Positions 44,529 to 59,940 of a stretch of 64,000 nucleotides of DNA are shown piece after piece. A program made the position numbers and the translations under genes. Below the pieces are notes generated by a model, which saw nothing but the letters and a program-made list of their open reading frames with translations, was not told where the DNA came from and ran no database searches. Origin of the DNA: Eledone cirrhosa (Eukaryota); contig OZ024757.1 in assembly GCA_964016885.1 (NCBI GenBank), positions 5,766,001 through 5,830,000 of the forward strand. Direction: 5' to 3'. Position 1 is the first letter of the stretch; the number at the start of each line of letters is the position of its first letter.

Positions 44529-45299
44529 ATATATATGTATATATATATATAAAAGCAAAACCTGTCAAAGGGCAAAGGAGCTCTTAAGAGTCAATGGCCA
44601 TCCAAAATCACTGGGAGAGATGACCCCTTAGCCTTTGTCAAGGCAGAATTCTAGGAGAAGGAAAACTCTGATATAACACCTGCAACCCTGATGGTATCCA
44701 ATGATGTTGACTTGTTCTTCTTTTTGGTAAATATCATCTTGGTTAAGAGAGTGGGACTGGCTTTGTGCAGTGCCTTTGCTCACTATAAAAGCTTCACGGC
44801 ACAGGCATTGCTTTATATCTGGAGATCTCTCTGCACTTGCCGTCACATGGTACCATGGGCCCAGCACTATGTGTCAATAATTGTCACAAGTGTAGTGTTT
44901 GTACCAGAGTTTTCAAGTCGCTGGCTGGACTAAAAAGTCACATTCGTTCAGCGCATCGGTAGGGGTTCTCCTACATGGATATAAAGTAGTGGCCGTACTC
45001 GAAAACGAGTTGGCAGCCACCATATATATATATAAGTATATCGAACTAGACAAATTGAGTTTGTATGTACGATTCTTTGCTTAAACTTTAATCTGTACAT
45101 ATAATATATATATATATACATAGGTGTGTGTATATATGTATATATACGTGTGTTTATGTATGTATATATTTTAGACGGAAAACCTCAGTACAACTTGACT
45201 GGTAGTTATTTTATCGTAATAAAGTCGCCCCTGAGTAGAGATATTCAAACGACAGTAACAATAACCGTAAAGAATAGTATTATTGATGATAGTAAAAAT

Positions 45300-45600
45300 A
45301 ATTGTTTCTACCTTTGGCACAAGGCCAGCAATTACCCAGTACATTACTGGTACTTTATTTTATCGACCCCGCAAGGATGAAAGGCAAAGTCAACCTCGGC
45401 GGGATTTGAACTCAGATCGTAAAGGGACGTAACTATGCTGGAAAGCATGGCGTCCGACCCTCTACCGATACTGCCAATCCACCGCCTGATAGTAAAACTA
45501 ATTGTTTCTACGTTAGGCACAAGGCCAGCAATTATCCAGTGTATTACTGGTACTTTATTTTATCGACCCCGTAAGGATGAAAGGAAAAGTCAACCTCGGC
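45300..45600 (-). mobile_element. Full SINE (45300-45486) plus tandem 5'-truncated SINE (45500-45600)
   Basis: Both are bounded by repeats of tgatagtaaaa(a/c)taat (three copies of the target site). Confidence 0.9.
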
Positions 45601-46437
45601 CTGATAGTAAAAATAATAATGATAATAGTTTGTCACGTCATGTTAGATGGAATGGGAAGATTGGGTGAAAAGTGTAAACAAAACTCCGATCTGTTTTGGG
45701 GCGAGTTAAGGACGGAACTAAAGAGAAAAGGTGAGACAGAGGGAATTACGATAGAGATATAGAGAGGGGGATGGGAGGAGGGATAGATAGTGGAAGGGGG
45801 AGTGGGAGATAGAGAGGTAGACGGTGAGTGAGTAAAGAGATGAAAAAGGCGAGGGAGAGACGGAGAGACAGGGAGGTTGATTGTGAGTAAGTAAGAGATG
45901 GAGAAGGCGAGGGAGAGATAGATATATATAGAGAGAGGGGAAGCGAGAATGAGAGATAGAGAGAAAAACAGAGTAGACGGTGAGAAAGGGATGAAGAAGG
46001 CGAGGGTTGTATAGAGAGGGGGAGTGGGAATGAGAGAAAGACAGTGAGTAAGAGATGGAGAGGGGGAGAGGTAAAGTGTAAGAGTTAAAGACGGAGAGAG
46101 AGATAATGTTATATATATACAGACAGACAGACAGAAATAAAAGTAAAGGAGAGGGTGTAATAGAAAGACAGTGAGACTGTGGGAGTAAGAGAGAGAGAGG
46201 GGGGGAGAGAGTGAGAGAGAGAGAGAGAGGGGGAGAGACGTGAATGTCAGCTGACAGTCGGGACAAGCGAGAGTTTTGTTTGGTTACTGTTGTAGTAGTT
46301 GTTGTTATTGTTGTTATTGTTGCTGTTGACGTTGTTGTTGTTGTTATGTCGTCGATGTTGTGGTTGTTATTGTTGCTGTAGGAAACAACGGTTAGTGTGT
46401 GGTTACGTCATACCGACCACATGTACTGACAGTGGAC

Positions 46438-47320
46438 AACACTCACACACGTACCCATACACACTCACACACGTACACACTCTCACACACGTACACACGT
46501 ACCCATACACACTCACACACGTACCCATACACACTCACACACGTACCCATACACACTCACACACGTACCCATACACACTCACAAACGTACCCATACACAC
46601 TCACACGTACCCATACACACTCACACACGTACACACTCTCACACACGTACCCATACACACTCACACACGTACACACTCTCACACACGTACACACTCTCAC
46701 ACACGTACCCATACACATTCACACACGTACCCATACACACTCACACGTACCCATACACACTCACACACGTACACACTCTCACACACGTACCCATACACAT
46801 TCACACACGTACCCATACACACTCACACGTACCCATACACACTCACACACGTACCCATACACACTCTCACACATGTACCCATACACACTCAAACACGTAC
46901 CCATACACACACACACACACACGTACCCATACACACACACACACACGTACCCATACACACTCACACACGTACACATACACACACTCACGTACACACTCTC
47001 ACACACGTACCCATACACACTCACACACGTACACACTCTCACACACGTAACCATACACACTCACACACGTACCCATACCCACTCACATACGTACACACTC
47101 TCACACACGTACCCATACACACTCACACACGTACCCATACACACTCACACACACACGTACCCATACACACACACACACGTACCCATACACACTCACACAC
47201 GTACACATACACACACTCACGTACACACTCTCACACACGTACCCATACACACTCACACACGTACACACTCTCACACACGTAACCATACATACTCACACAC
47301 GTATCCATACCCACTCACAC
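46438..47320. repeat. ~22-bp minisatellite (ACACACGTACCCATACACACTC)n
   Basis: Directly visible degenerate tandem array. A GA-rich tract precedes it at 45720-46240. Confidence 0.9.
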
Positions 47321-47667
47321 ACTTAGCACACACACATATTTCATTGTACCAACTCTATATTACATACACATACATACACTGTCTCTCACTCTCATACATA
47401 CTTTCTTCTATACACACACACACATACACACAAATAAATACAAATATATATATATATATACACACACATACATACACTGTCTCTCACTCTCATACATACT
47501 TTCTTCTATACACACACACATATATATACAAATACACACAAATAAATACAAATATATATATATACATACATACACACACATACACTGTCTCACATACTTA
47601 CTTGTATATATACATATGTATAAATAAATGTATAACACACACTGTCTCTCATATATACTTTCTCGTG

Positions 47668-47717
<50 letters not shown>

Positions 47718-48165
47718 ACTGTAACTACGCTAAATTTCACACACAACAAATACACACACAATAAATAAATGTATAACACACACTGTCTCTCATATATACT
47801 TTCTCGTGTATATACATACATATATATATATACACACAACAGTGTAACTACGCTAAATTTCACACACAACAAATACACTTTTACACACACATACGCATTG
47901 TCCCAAACACTTCCTTACACACACACATACATACACAGACCCACTTATATATAAATATGTGTGTATGTGTGTGTGAGAGACAATCATTGTATCCATGCTA
48001 CTTCTCACACAAACAAATACATTGACACACACACACTTACACATAATAGTGTCCACGATATATCTTACACATAAGCACACAGAAAAACAATCTTACACAA
48101 AGAAAGAAAGAAAGAACACTGTCTCTCTTTCTCGATGTTTACCCCCCCCCCCCCACATATAAACT

Positions 48166-48211
<46 letters not shown>

Positions 48212-48217
<6 letters not shown>

Positions 48218-48651
48218 AACAAAAGATGGTTAAAAGAGTTCCATGTATTTTATTATGTGCATTTCAAAAACAAATATCATCATGCAATAATATTTGTGTT
48301 TTCATCAGATAAAACAGGAGGACATGATATGAAGGTTAAAAAACACTTGCGGATAGTGCAGTTTTAAATCAACATGATATGTTGATTTAAAACATGATAT
48401 GCTGAATTAAAACTGAACTATCCACAAGTGTTTTTTAACCTTCATATCATGTCCTCCTGTTTTATCTGATGAAAACACAAATATTATTGCATGGTGATAT
48501 TTGTTTTTGAAATGCGCATAATAATATACATGGAACTCTTTTAACCATCTTTTGTTCTTATATATTATGTATACTCCAGTCCTACAAACTGTAGAGTGCT
48601 TCTTATCCGATATCTGCATTGCTTTATTGTACTACAATAAAACTCACCTCC

Positions 48652-48655
<4 letters not shown>
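48212..48655. mobile_element. Fold-back insert with a complete hammerhead in each arm plus a 3' tail
   Basis: Inverted repeat 48212-48563 with ~160-bp arms. Tail has the bulged hairpin tactc-cagt-cctacaa-actg-ta-gagtg near 48572-48598. (TA)n on both sides. Confidence 0.85.
48460..48526 (+). ncRNA. Type I hammerhead ribozyme (canonical core); mirror copy on the minus strand at 48248-48314
   Basis: ttttat-CTGATGA-aaacacaaatatta-ttgcatgg-tgatatttgttttt-GAAA-tgcgca-TA-ataa. Long stem II, palindromic loop III (TGCGCA), AUA triplet. Confidence 0.85.
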
Positions 48656-48685
<30 letters not shown>

Positions 48686-48812
48686 AAAGTTTTATTTAAA
48701 TTGTTGGGATACAACAAGCAAATATGTTTATAACTGATATAAAGCACTAGACAAATATTTGGAGTAGATATACGATATTAATAAATGGAAACTATATTTA
48801 TAAAACCATATT

Positions 48813-48878
48813 TATTTCATTATATATATTTCAAGGATACCAAGTTAAATTTTGGTATGCCTTCATCAGACAAAATAC
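48813..48878 (-). ncRNA. Type I hammerhead ribozyme (canonical core) within insert 48682-48915
   Basis: Minus strand reads tattttgt-CTGATGA-aggcataccaa-aatttaac-ttggtatcctt-GAAA-tatata-TA-atgaaata. Downstream are a bulged hairpin, the ttgttg/caacaa terminal hairpin and (TA)n. Confidence 0.85.
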
Positions 48879-49402
48879 AATATATAACAGCTTTATAAAT
48901 AGACATTGACGTACCCCTTTTAAAAAATTGCCCGTTGCTTTTGGAGGCCATCAGGATAGTTTACTTTAGTAAGTCATAGTGTTAAGAGTAAGTAAAAAGA
49001 TGGAGAGAGAGAGAGAGAAACGTGGAGAAAAGAAAGGGAGAGATAGATAAAGAAAAAGAAGAAAGCAAAAAATAAAAGAGAACAGAGGAAAAATAACGGG
49101 GAAATATCAAACCATCAGACAGAGAAAGAACTCAAGAGAGAGATATATAGAGATAGAGAGAGGGGGGAGAGAACGAAAACCTTAAGTTATGTCATATTAA
49201 GTTGAGTTAACAATTGAGATGAAAAGCATAAATAAAATTAGAAATATTAATATTCATGAATGGAATATAGATATATAATATGAGAAATTACACATTGTTT
49301 AATTATGATTAGATATTTAGTTTAGAATTGAGATTAATATATTAAAAATTGGAATTTAAACATTATAAAATATATATATTGCTAGAGAGATTATCTATCG
49401 CA

Positions 49403-51310
49403 TCTATATATATAAAACAGAGGATGTGTGTTTGTCTGTGTGTGTGTAGATGCTACATTATTCGAGGTTGGCGTCTACACCGCTCGCCCGATCTCGCTAA
49501 AATTTGCATACGTCACTCCTCATGACCCTTTACATTGCTTAGGCTTCTTTGTTTTTTGATAGGTCCCCCCAGGGGCCCGCAATCCACCTTTTTGTCTATC
49601 GTGGGTGAAACCGGGAGATGAGGTTGCATTTTATACACGCGTGAAAAATTTTTCCTTTTGAGTTTTTTGACCCGGTTTTTTGCTAATATGGGTAGAAAAG
49701 AGTCTAAATTATTTTGACGTGCTCGAATCATTTCGAAATTTGGTCGAGAGTGAAGCTCGAGGTCGAATCTTCTCTTCGTATATAGAGAGACAGGAATAAC
49801 AGGTCTTATAGTAACATTACCTTCCCCTTACCCCTTCTTTAGAGAGAGAGAGAAGTTTTGGGTATCACAGAAATATTACATTCCTCTCTCCACTTTGGTC
49901 AGTGAGCGAACCACTGTTGCTATAGTAACATTACCTTCCCCCTCCCCCTTCTTTATTGAGCGAGGAATATAGAGAGAGACGTTGTTGGTGTTACAGTAAC
50001 ATTACCTTCCCCTCTCCACTTACTTTGGTCTTTGAGACCGAGGGAACCACTGTTGCTATAGTTACAGCTTCACGTGACACAAACCAGTTCCTGCCAGTTC
50101 TGACTACCTGGCACCAGTTGAGTCAGTTTTTGCTTTCTTTCGGTCGAGAAGTGGACAAATTTTCGCCTTGAATAAAAAAAAAAAATGTCCTGTACGGCTG
50201 GAGGTGGCAGCTTTTATTCTGTTTTGGCAAGACTGCTATCAAAATATTCTGCAGACTCTTATCGTTGATTTGAGTGGCCTGCAAAGCTTTGGTTTTCAAA
50301 CGCTACACTTGCTACTTGGTTAGGCTACTGTGTAGACGTGTGCTTCACTCTCACTGCATTACATTTTGTGACCTCGCTTTCGGACTTTGCCATTCCCAGT
50401 ACGTTTTTTGTTTAAAATTTCTTGCTTAAAATTGTAACAATTTGTCACTTTTTTTTACCTTCCCCAAAATACTGCTTATCACCTTCGCTGTTTTGCCTTT
50501 GCTCTAAACTTGCTTCCCCTTTACTGTTTACTGTACTATAGCAACCATGCCACTGAAAAGAAAGAGTACCCTTAGCCGTAGGAAAACATCGTCTGTTGTT
50601 TCAAAAAAAGGCGATTGAATGAGCAGTCTACGGATGCCAGACTGCATTTTTGGCCACAAACCCCTGTTACATCGCTTTCAAACTTAAGTACCCCTAGCAG
50701 AGCCCAACCCAGCGCCTCTCTATCTACGGTTACCGCTTCGAATCGTGCCATTCGTAATTGTCGGAATGCAGTTGCAACAGCCGCCTCTAGGGCAGCAGAG
50801 AGTGACAGCCAAAGAGCTCTTCGTAGGGCTAGGAATGCTGCAACTACTGCTGCTGCAAGGGCCTCCGAAACTAAACAGCAAACAGCCACCAGAGGGTCAA
50901 AGAACGCTGCTTCAACCGCCGCCTCCCGTGCCGAAGAAACCGACCAGGAGACAGCCATCCTCAGGTCCAAGGGCTCCGCCTCCACCGCAGCTGCCAGAGC
51001 ATCCCAGACCGAGATACAGACAGCCATCCTCAGGTCCAAGGGCTCCGCCTCCAAGGCAGCTGCCAGAGCATCCCAGACCGAGATACAGACAGCCATCCGA
51101 AGGTCCCAGAACGCTGTATCCACCGCCGCCTCCCGTGCCGCAGAACATCAAACAGCCCGCCGTGCTCGGTTGGTCACAATTCTATTATCATTACAACTTT
51201 GACATATTTTATGTAAAGTGAATATGAGAAAAAAAAATTCTTCATATTTATTGTTTCCTAATCTGAATAAAAACAGCAGTAACCCGGGCAACGCCGGGTC
51301 ATTCAGCTAG
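49403..51310 (+). mobile_element. Non-autonomous Helitron (~1.9 kb)
   Basis: Starts A|TCTATATATATAAAA at 49403 and ends cccgggcaacgccggg hairpin + tcattcagCTAG|T at 51310. No TSD. Internal repeats at 49808-50065. Confidence 0.88.
50547..51202 (+). pseudogene. Helitron-borne ORF with 23-aa STPR-like repeats (probable RepHel N-terminus); one frameshift in an A7 run
   Basis: ATG at 50547 gives MPLKRKSTLSRRKTSSVVSKK. One extra A joins this to ORF 50615..51202, which has five 23-aa repeats (ESDSQRALRRARNAATTAAARAS, ETKQQTATRGSKNAASTAASRAE, ...). Confidence 0.7.
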
Positions 51311-51328
51311 TATATTATATATATATAG

Positions 51329-51518
51329 GGCGGTGGATTGGCAGTATCGGTAGAGAGTCGGACACCATGCTTTGAAGCATAGAGTTACGTCCCTTTATGC
51401 TCTGAGTTCAAATCCCGCCGAGGTTAACTTTGCCTTTCATCCTTACGGGGTCGATAAAATAAAGTACCAGTAATGTACTGGGTATTTGCTGGCCTTGTGC
51501 CTAAAATAGAAACAATTA
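51329..51518 (+). mobile_element. Full-length tRNA-derived SINE
   Basis: ggcggtggattggcagtatcgg (A box), gagttcaaatcc (B box), ttgcctttcatccttacggggtcgataaaataaagtaccag core, agaaacaatt end. Confidence 0.92.
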
Positions 51519-51529
51519 TATATATATAC

Positions 51530-55800
<4,271 letters not shown>

Positions 55801-55801
<1 letters not shown>

Positions 55802-56225
55802 TATTGGTAAACGGAATAGAAAATGCTGACAAATTATTCACAGTTGAAAAATGGTTTAATTAGGAATAAAAGAGTATTAGTGATTGTATGGGTTAGTATT
55901 CAGTTGTGGTTTTAAGTTTTTAAGTTTTTACCGGTTGCGCATTCCTAAATGCTTTTCAAAAATAATTTTGAGATAGAGTGTCCGTGTTGTTTGCTCTGAT
56001 CAACACGGACACTCTATCTCAAAATTATTTTTGAAAAGCATTTAGAAATGCGCAACCGGTAAAAACTTAAAAACTTAAAACCACAACTGAATACTAACCC
56101 ATACAATCACTAATACTCTTTTATTCCTAATTAAACCATTTTTCAACTGAGAACAATTTGTCAGCATTTTCTATTCCGTTTACCAATATATAATAACTTG
56201 TGTGTTACACCTCTATTCTTTTAAC
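55801..56225. mobile_element. Fold-back insert (~185-bp arms, centre about 55993) with a hammerhead-like U3/A8 motif in each arm
   Basis: Palindrome 55801-56189. Motif ttt-TTGAAAA-gcattt/aaatgc-GCAA-ccgg-TA-aaa, where GCAA replaces GAAA. Confidence 0.7.
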
Positions 56226-56244
56226 TATATATATATATAATATA

Positions 56245-56508
56245 TAAGATCAAAAGATGGTTAAAAGAGTTCCATGTATTTTATTATGTACATTTCAAAA
56301 ACAAACATCATCATGCAATAATATTTGTGTTTTCATAAGATAAAATAGGAAGACATGATATGAAGGTTAAAAAACACTTGTGGATAGTGCAGTTTTAAAT
56401 CAACATATCTTATATATTATGTATACTCCAGTCCTACAAACTGTAGAGTGCTTCTTATCCGATATCTGCATTGCTTTATTGTACTACAATAAAACTCACC
56501 TCCTACAT
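56245..56508. mobile_element. Another copy of the 48212 family: inverted hammerhead arm joined directly to the 3' tail
   Basis: 56250-56405 matches 48218-48375 (core mutated to cttatga). 56408-56508 matches 48557-48655. Confidence 0.85.
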
Positions 56509-56529
56509 ATATATATATATATATATATA

Positions 56530-56872
56530 TTAGAAAGTGAGGTTTTTTTTACAAAATGAAAAATAACCGAGGTGTCCTACACGAGTGAAAGTATAAAGAA
56601 AAAAAGATGAAATCGAAAATGCAACTGGAGTCTTATTTAAAAAAATATATATATATTTATTTGGTTCCTTTACCGGTTTCGCAGTTCTTCTGCTTTTCAA
56701 AAGTAGAGTTGAGATGGAGGGTCTGTGGTTTTTCTCTTGTGAGGAAAACCACAGACCCTCCATCTCAACTCTAATTTTGAAAAGCGGGAAGAACTGCGAA
56801 ACCGGTAAAGGAACCAAATAAATATATATATTTTTTTAAAAATAAGACTCCAGTTGCATTTTTGATTTCATC

Positions 56873-56880
<8 letters not shown>
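56530..56880. mobile_element. Fold-back insert (~140-bp arms) with a minimal U3/A8 hammerhead in each arm
   Basis: Palindrome about 56592-56880. Minus strand 56668-56703 reads ctt-TTGAAAA-gcag-aagaa-ctgc-GAAA-ccgg-TA-aag. Plus-strand copy at 56775-56810. Confidence 0.8.
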
Positions 56881-56912
<32 letters not shown>

Positions 56913-56915
<3 letters not shown>

Positions 56916-57026
56916 CATCATCATCATCCTTTTACGTCCGTTATTCCCTGTTTGCAGGGGTAGGACAGGAACTGATTCTGGCTTGATTTCTACAGCTGGA
57001 TGCCCTTCCTAACACCAACCTCATAC
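56913..57026 (-). mobile_element. ~110-bp RTE 3'-tail unit (also at 52187-52302 on - and 53319-53435 on +)
   Basis: (atc)n-ttttacgtc...ggaactgattctggcttgatttctacagctggatgcccttcctaacaccaacctc. Confidence 0.8.
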
Positions 57027-57109
57027 ATATATATATATGTATATATATATATTATATGTATATTTGTATATATACATATGTTATATGTATATATATATGT
57101 ATATATATC

Positions 57110-57570
57110 CAAAATTAAAATTAAGGGTTGTCATGTCTGAGAGACATGCGCCATATCCACCGTAGAATAAGCTCAAAGATTAGATCCGAGCATTACATAT
57201 CAACTAGAAATAGATTGACATATATATATATATAATAAATACATGAAACAATCACAGGGTATAATTTGTAAAGAATGTAGGCACACATAGCTAGGTAGGT
57301 AACTAATTAAAGTTTAACTAGAACTTCAAATATAGATACCATTTAAAATGATTAATCTCCTTTGTATATATTTCTTTAAGTAAGAAATATATTTCACCTA
57401 TTAATCCGTAAATCACAGCAGTTAAATACTTGGATGTTCACCAAAGGAGAAGAAGATAACCATCTGCGTTTACACAGCAAATGCAAAACTGCGAATGATT
57501 TGGACCACGTGTTGCCACGGGGATGACGTGGTTCAACGAGTGTATTTTTAAAAACGGAATGAGGGGTACA
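57110..57570 (-). mobile_element. Hammerhead-superfamily tail element (family shared with 24640-24895)
   Basis: Minus-strand bulged hairpin gctc-ggat-cta-atct-tt-gagc at about 57170-57191. Possible decayed ribozyme ctcct-ttggtga...gaaatatata..aggag. Confidence 0.55.
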
Positions 57571-57608
57571 CACACACACATATATATATATGTGTATATA
57601 TACATACA

Positions 57609-57647
<39 letters not shown>

Positions 57648-57652
<5 letters not shown>

Positions 57653-57900
57653 ATATATTAATAAATGGAAACTATATTTATAAAACCATATATATTTTAT
57701 TATACATATTTCAAGGGCCACATTCTTTAGGATCTCTTCTTCTCTAAAAGACATTGTGGCCCTTGAAATATGTATAATAAAATAAATATAGTTTCCATTT
57801 ATTAATATATTGTGTAGTTACACCACTAAGTGTTGAGTGCTTTATATCAGTTATAAAAATGTTTAAGCTTGTTGAATCCCAACAAATTAAATATAACCTC

Positions 57901-57903
<3 letters not shown>
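57648..57903 (+). mobile_element. Fold-back version of the 48813/52521 family, folded at stem II
   Basis: Palindrome 57648-57815 with arms beginning gtggccctt-GAAA-tatgta-TA-ataaaata. The CTGATGA half is replaced by the inverted 3' half. Tail ttgagtgctttatatcag...ttgttgaatcccaacaa. Confidence 0.8.
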
Positions 57904-57955
<52 letters not shown>

Positions 57956-58123
57956 TAAAATAACAGATTAAAGTTTAAGCAAAGAATCGCTGCTTTCACC
58001 CTTAGTGGGATCTTCTGAAAAAATTTTAATAAATATTTGCTCTACGGTTCTTATATATTTAATATATATTTATCCTTATCGAGCTCTCTTTGGATTTTAG
58101 TCTTCAAATTTATTATTATTACT

Positions 58124-58378
58124 ATCATCATCATCGTTTAACGTCCATATTCCACGGTTGCATGGGTTTGGACGGGAGTTTTCCCACTTGAGGCAAGAGT
58201 GGTTGTCTTGCTCGCATAGGACTGTCTGGCGGGTTTTCTACGGCTGGATGCCCTTCCTAACACCAACCACATTTACAGTGTGGAACTGGGAGGTTTTTAC
58301 CGTGTTACCTACACGGCCACATTACAGCGTGGACTGTGTATTTTTTTTTGGCGTGACACCTACACGACCTCATTTGTA
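58124..58378 (-). mobile_element. RTE LINE 3' UTR fragment
   Basis: (atc)n-gtttaacgtcc...cggctggatgcccttcctaacaccaacc. Confidence 0.8.
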
Positions 58379-58439
58379 CTATATATATATATATATATAT
58401 AGTAATAATAATAAATTTGAAGACTAAAATATATATATA

Positions 58440-59284
58440 CTAGCAGTAAAGCCCGGCGTTGCTCGGGGTCGCTCAGTAGCTGTGTTAAAGTTACAATGTT
58501 AAGTTTCTTTCTTGGCTTAAAAACTGTAGTGTCTACTGTGCAGACTTGCATGTGGTGTTTTTGATTAATATTCCCTCAACCAACAATATGCCTTATGAAG
58601 TTAAGAAAACATAACGATAACCCGAATGTTATAACAAAAGAGGATGTTGGGGATAGAAACTGCACTGGTTATTTATTAACAAAGATCGAAAATGTAAACA
58701 CTGCAACGCAGAGAAAAACATTAGCGTAACCAAATTATCAGTTATGTCTGTCTGCACGCCTATATCACCTCTCTGCACGACTGTCTGTCTGCACGCCTAT
58801 ATCACCTCTCTGCACGACTGTCTGTCTGCACGACTGTCTGTCTGCACGCCTAACGGCGAAATATTTGCTTGTTTTACGTAGTCTTTAAATAGACTTGTTT
58901 TCAAGTAAAAATATTGTTTTAAAATGCTTTTAAATGGAAATGAAGCAAAACGGAAGCTTAGTGTTCGAACTGATGAATTTTGCAGGTAAATATTTTGCTG
59001 GCTCGACAACTGTTCGTAAAGCCAGCGTAATTTTTTACGTAAGACGCTCAATGTAAACAGAACAAAGGGAAATAACTGATCACTTACGCTCAAAAATCGA
59101 TACATTATATTCGATTTCGTCAGATAGGGCGGGTCAATTTGAAATATTTTTTTTCCGATGTCTTCGCTAGGGCTCAATGTACAAGTATAGCAATTTCGGT
59201 GCAATTCCGTGAGAGATTCTAAGAGGAGATGTGTGCCAAAAATCGATAGACAGACAGACAACCACAGTTTTATATATATATAGA
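58440..59284 (-). mobile_element. Non-autonomous Helitron (845 bp)
   Basis: Minus strand starts A|TCTATATATATATAAAAC..gtctgtctgtct at 59284 and ends ccgagcaacgccgggc hairpin + tttactgCTAG|T at 58440. Internal tandem repeat at 58746-58850. Confidence 0.88.
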
Positions 59285-59940
59285 TATGATAATAATAATA
59301 ATTGTTATAAAATAAAAAGAACGATTTGTTGTCTTAAGTGGTCCCCAACATTTTCTGCTTCAAATTAACCCCTATTATATACAAATTGCAACGTATACCT
59401 TCCTGCCAGATGGTTGAACGTCCGAAAGTATATAATTTCCTTATGCATATTAACGGCTGAGTAGCCCAATTTGTATATCGGCAGGAAGATATACGTTGCT
59501 GACGATAGCTAACAAGCTTGAAACTAGTACAGCGTTCCTTTGTCAGTGTTGAACAAACGAGCAACGATGGTTGCTGGACACTACGGCTTAATTCGGGATG
59601 TTTGTTTACAAACACACTGAGCGTTGTAATGAATGTTTGGTGAATCCATACGTACATATATATATGTGTGCATGTATGTATATATACATACTACTGTACG
59701 TCTGTATACATATATGTATGTACGTATACATACTTATATTTAAGTTACAGCCGTACTAAGAGTGGGAAATGAAATTTCGTTTCATTTTTTTCGTTTATAT
59801 GTATATATGTGAAGTAATTCCGTCGGAAAAGTCCAGGAAAAAAGAGTGCTCTATGTAGGTAACAGAGCTTAATAGTTATGTAATAAATAACATAAGGCAA
59901 TTATTTCATTTACCAGTGGTTTCTTAAAAGCAAACAAATT

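Noticed and set aside
46299-47724. His/Thr-rich 327-aa and 441-aa ORFs
   Set aside because: Translations of a CA-rich minisatellite.
51329-51425. SINE heads as tRNA genes
   Set aside because: A and B boxes are present but there is no full cloverleaf, and each continues into the SINE core and tail, often with a TSD.
58970-58990. CTGATGA inside the Helitron as a hammerhead
   Set aside because: No stem II, GAAA or stem I partner follows it.
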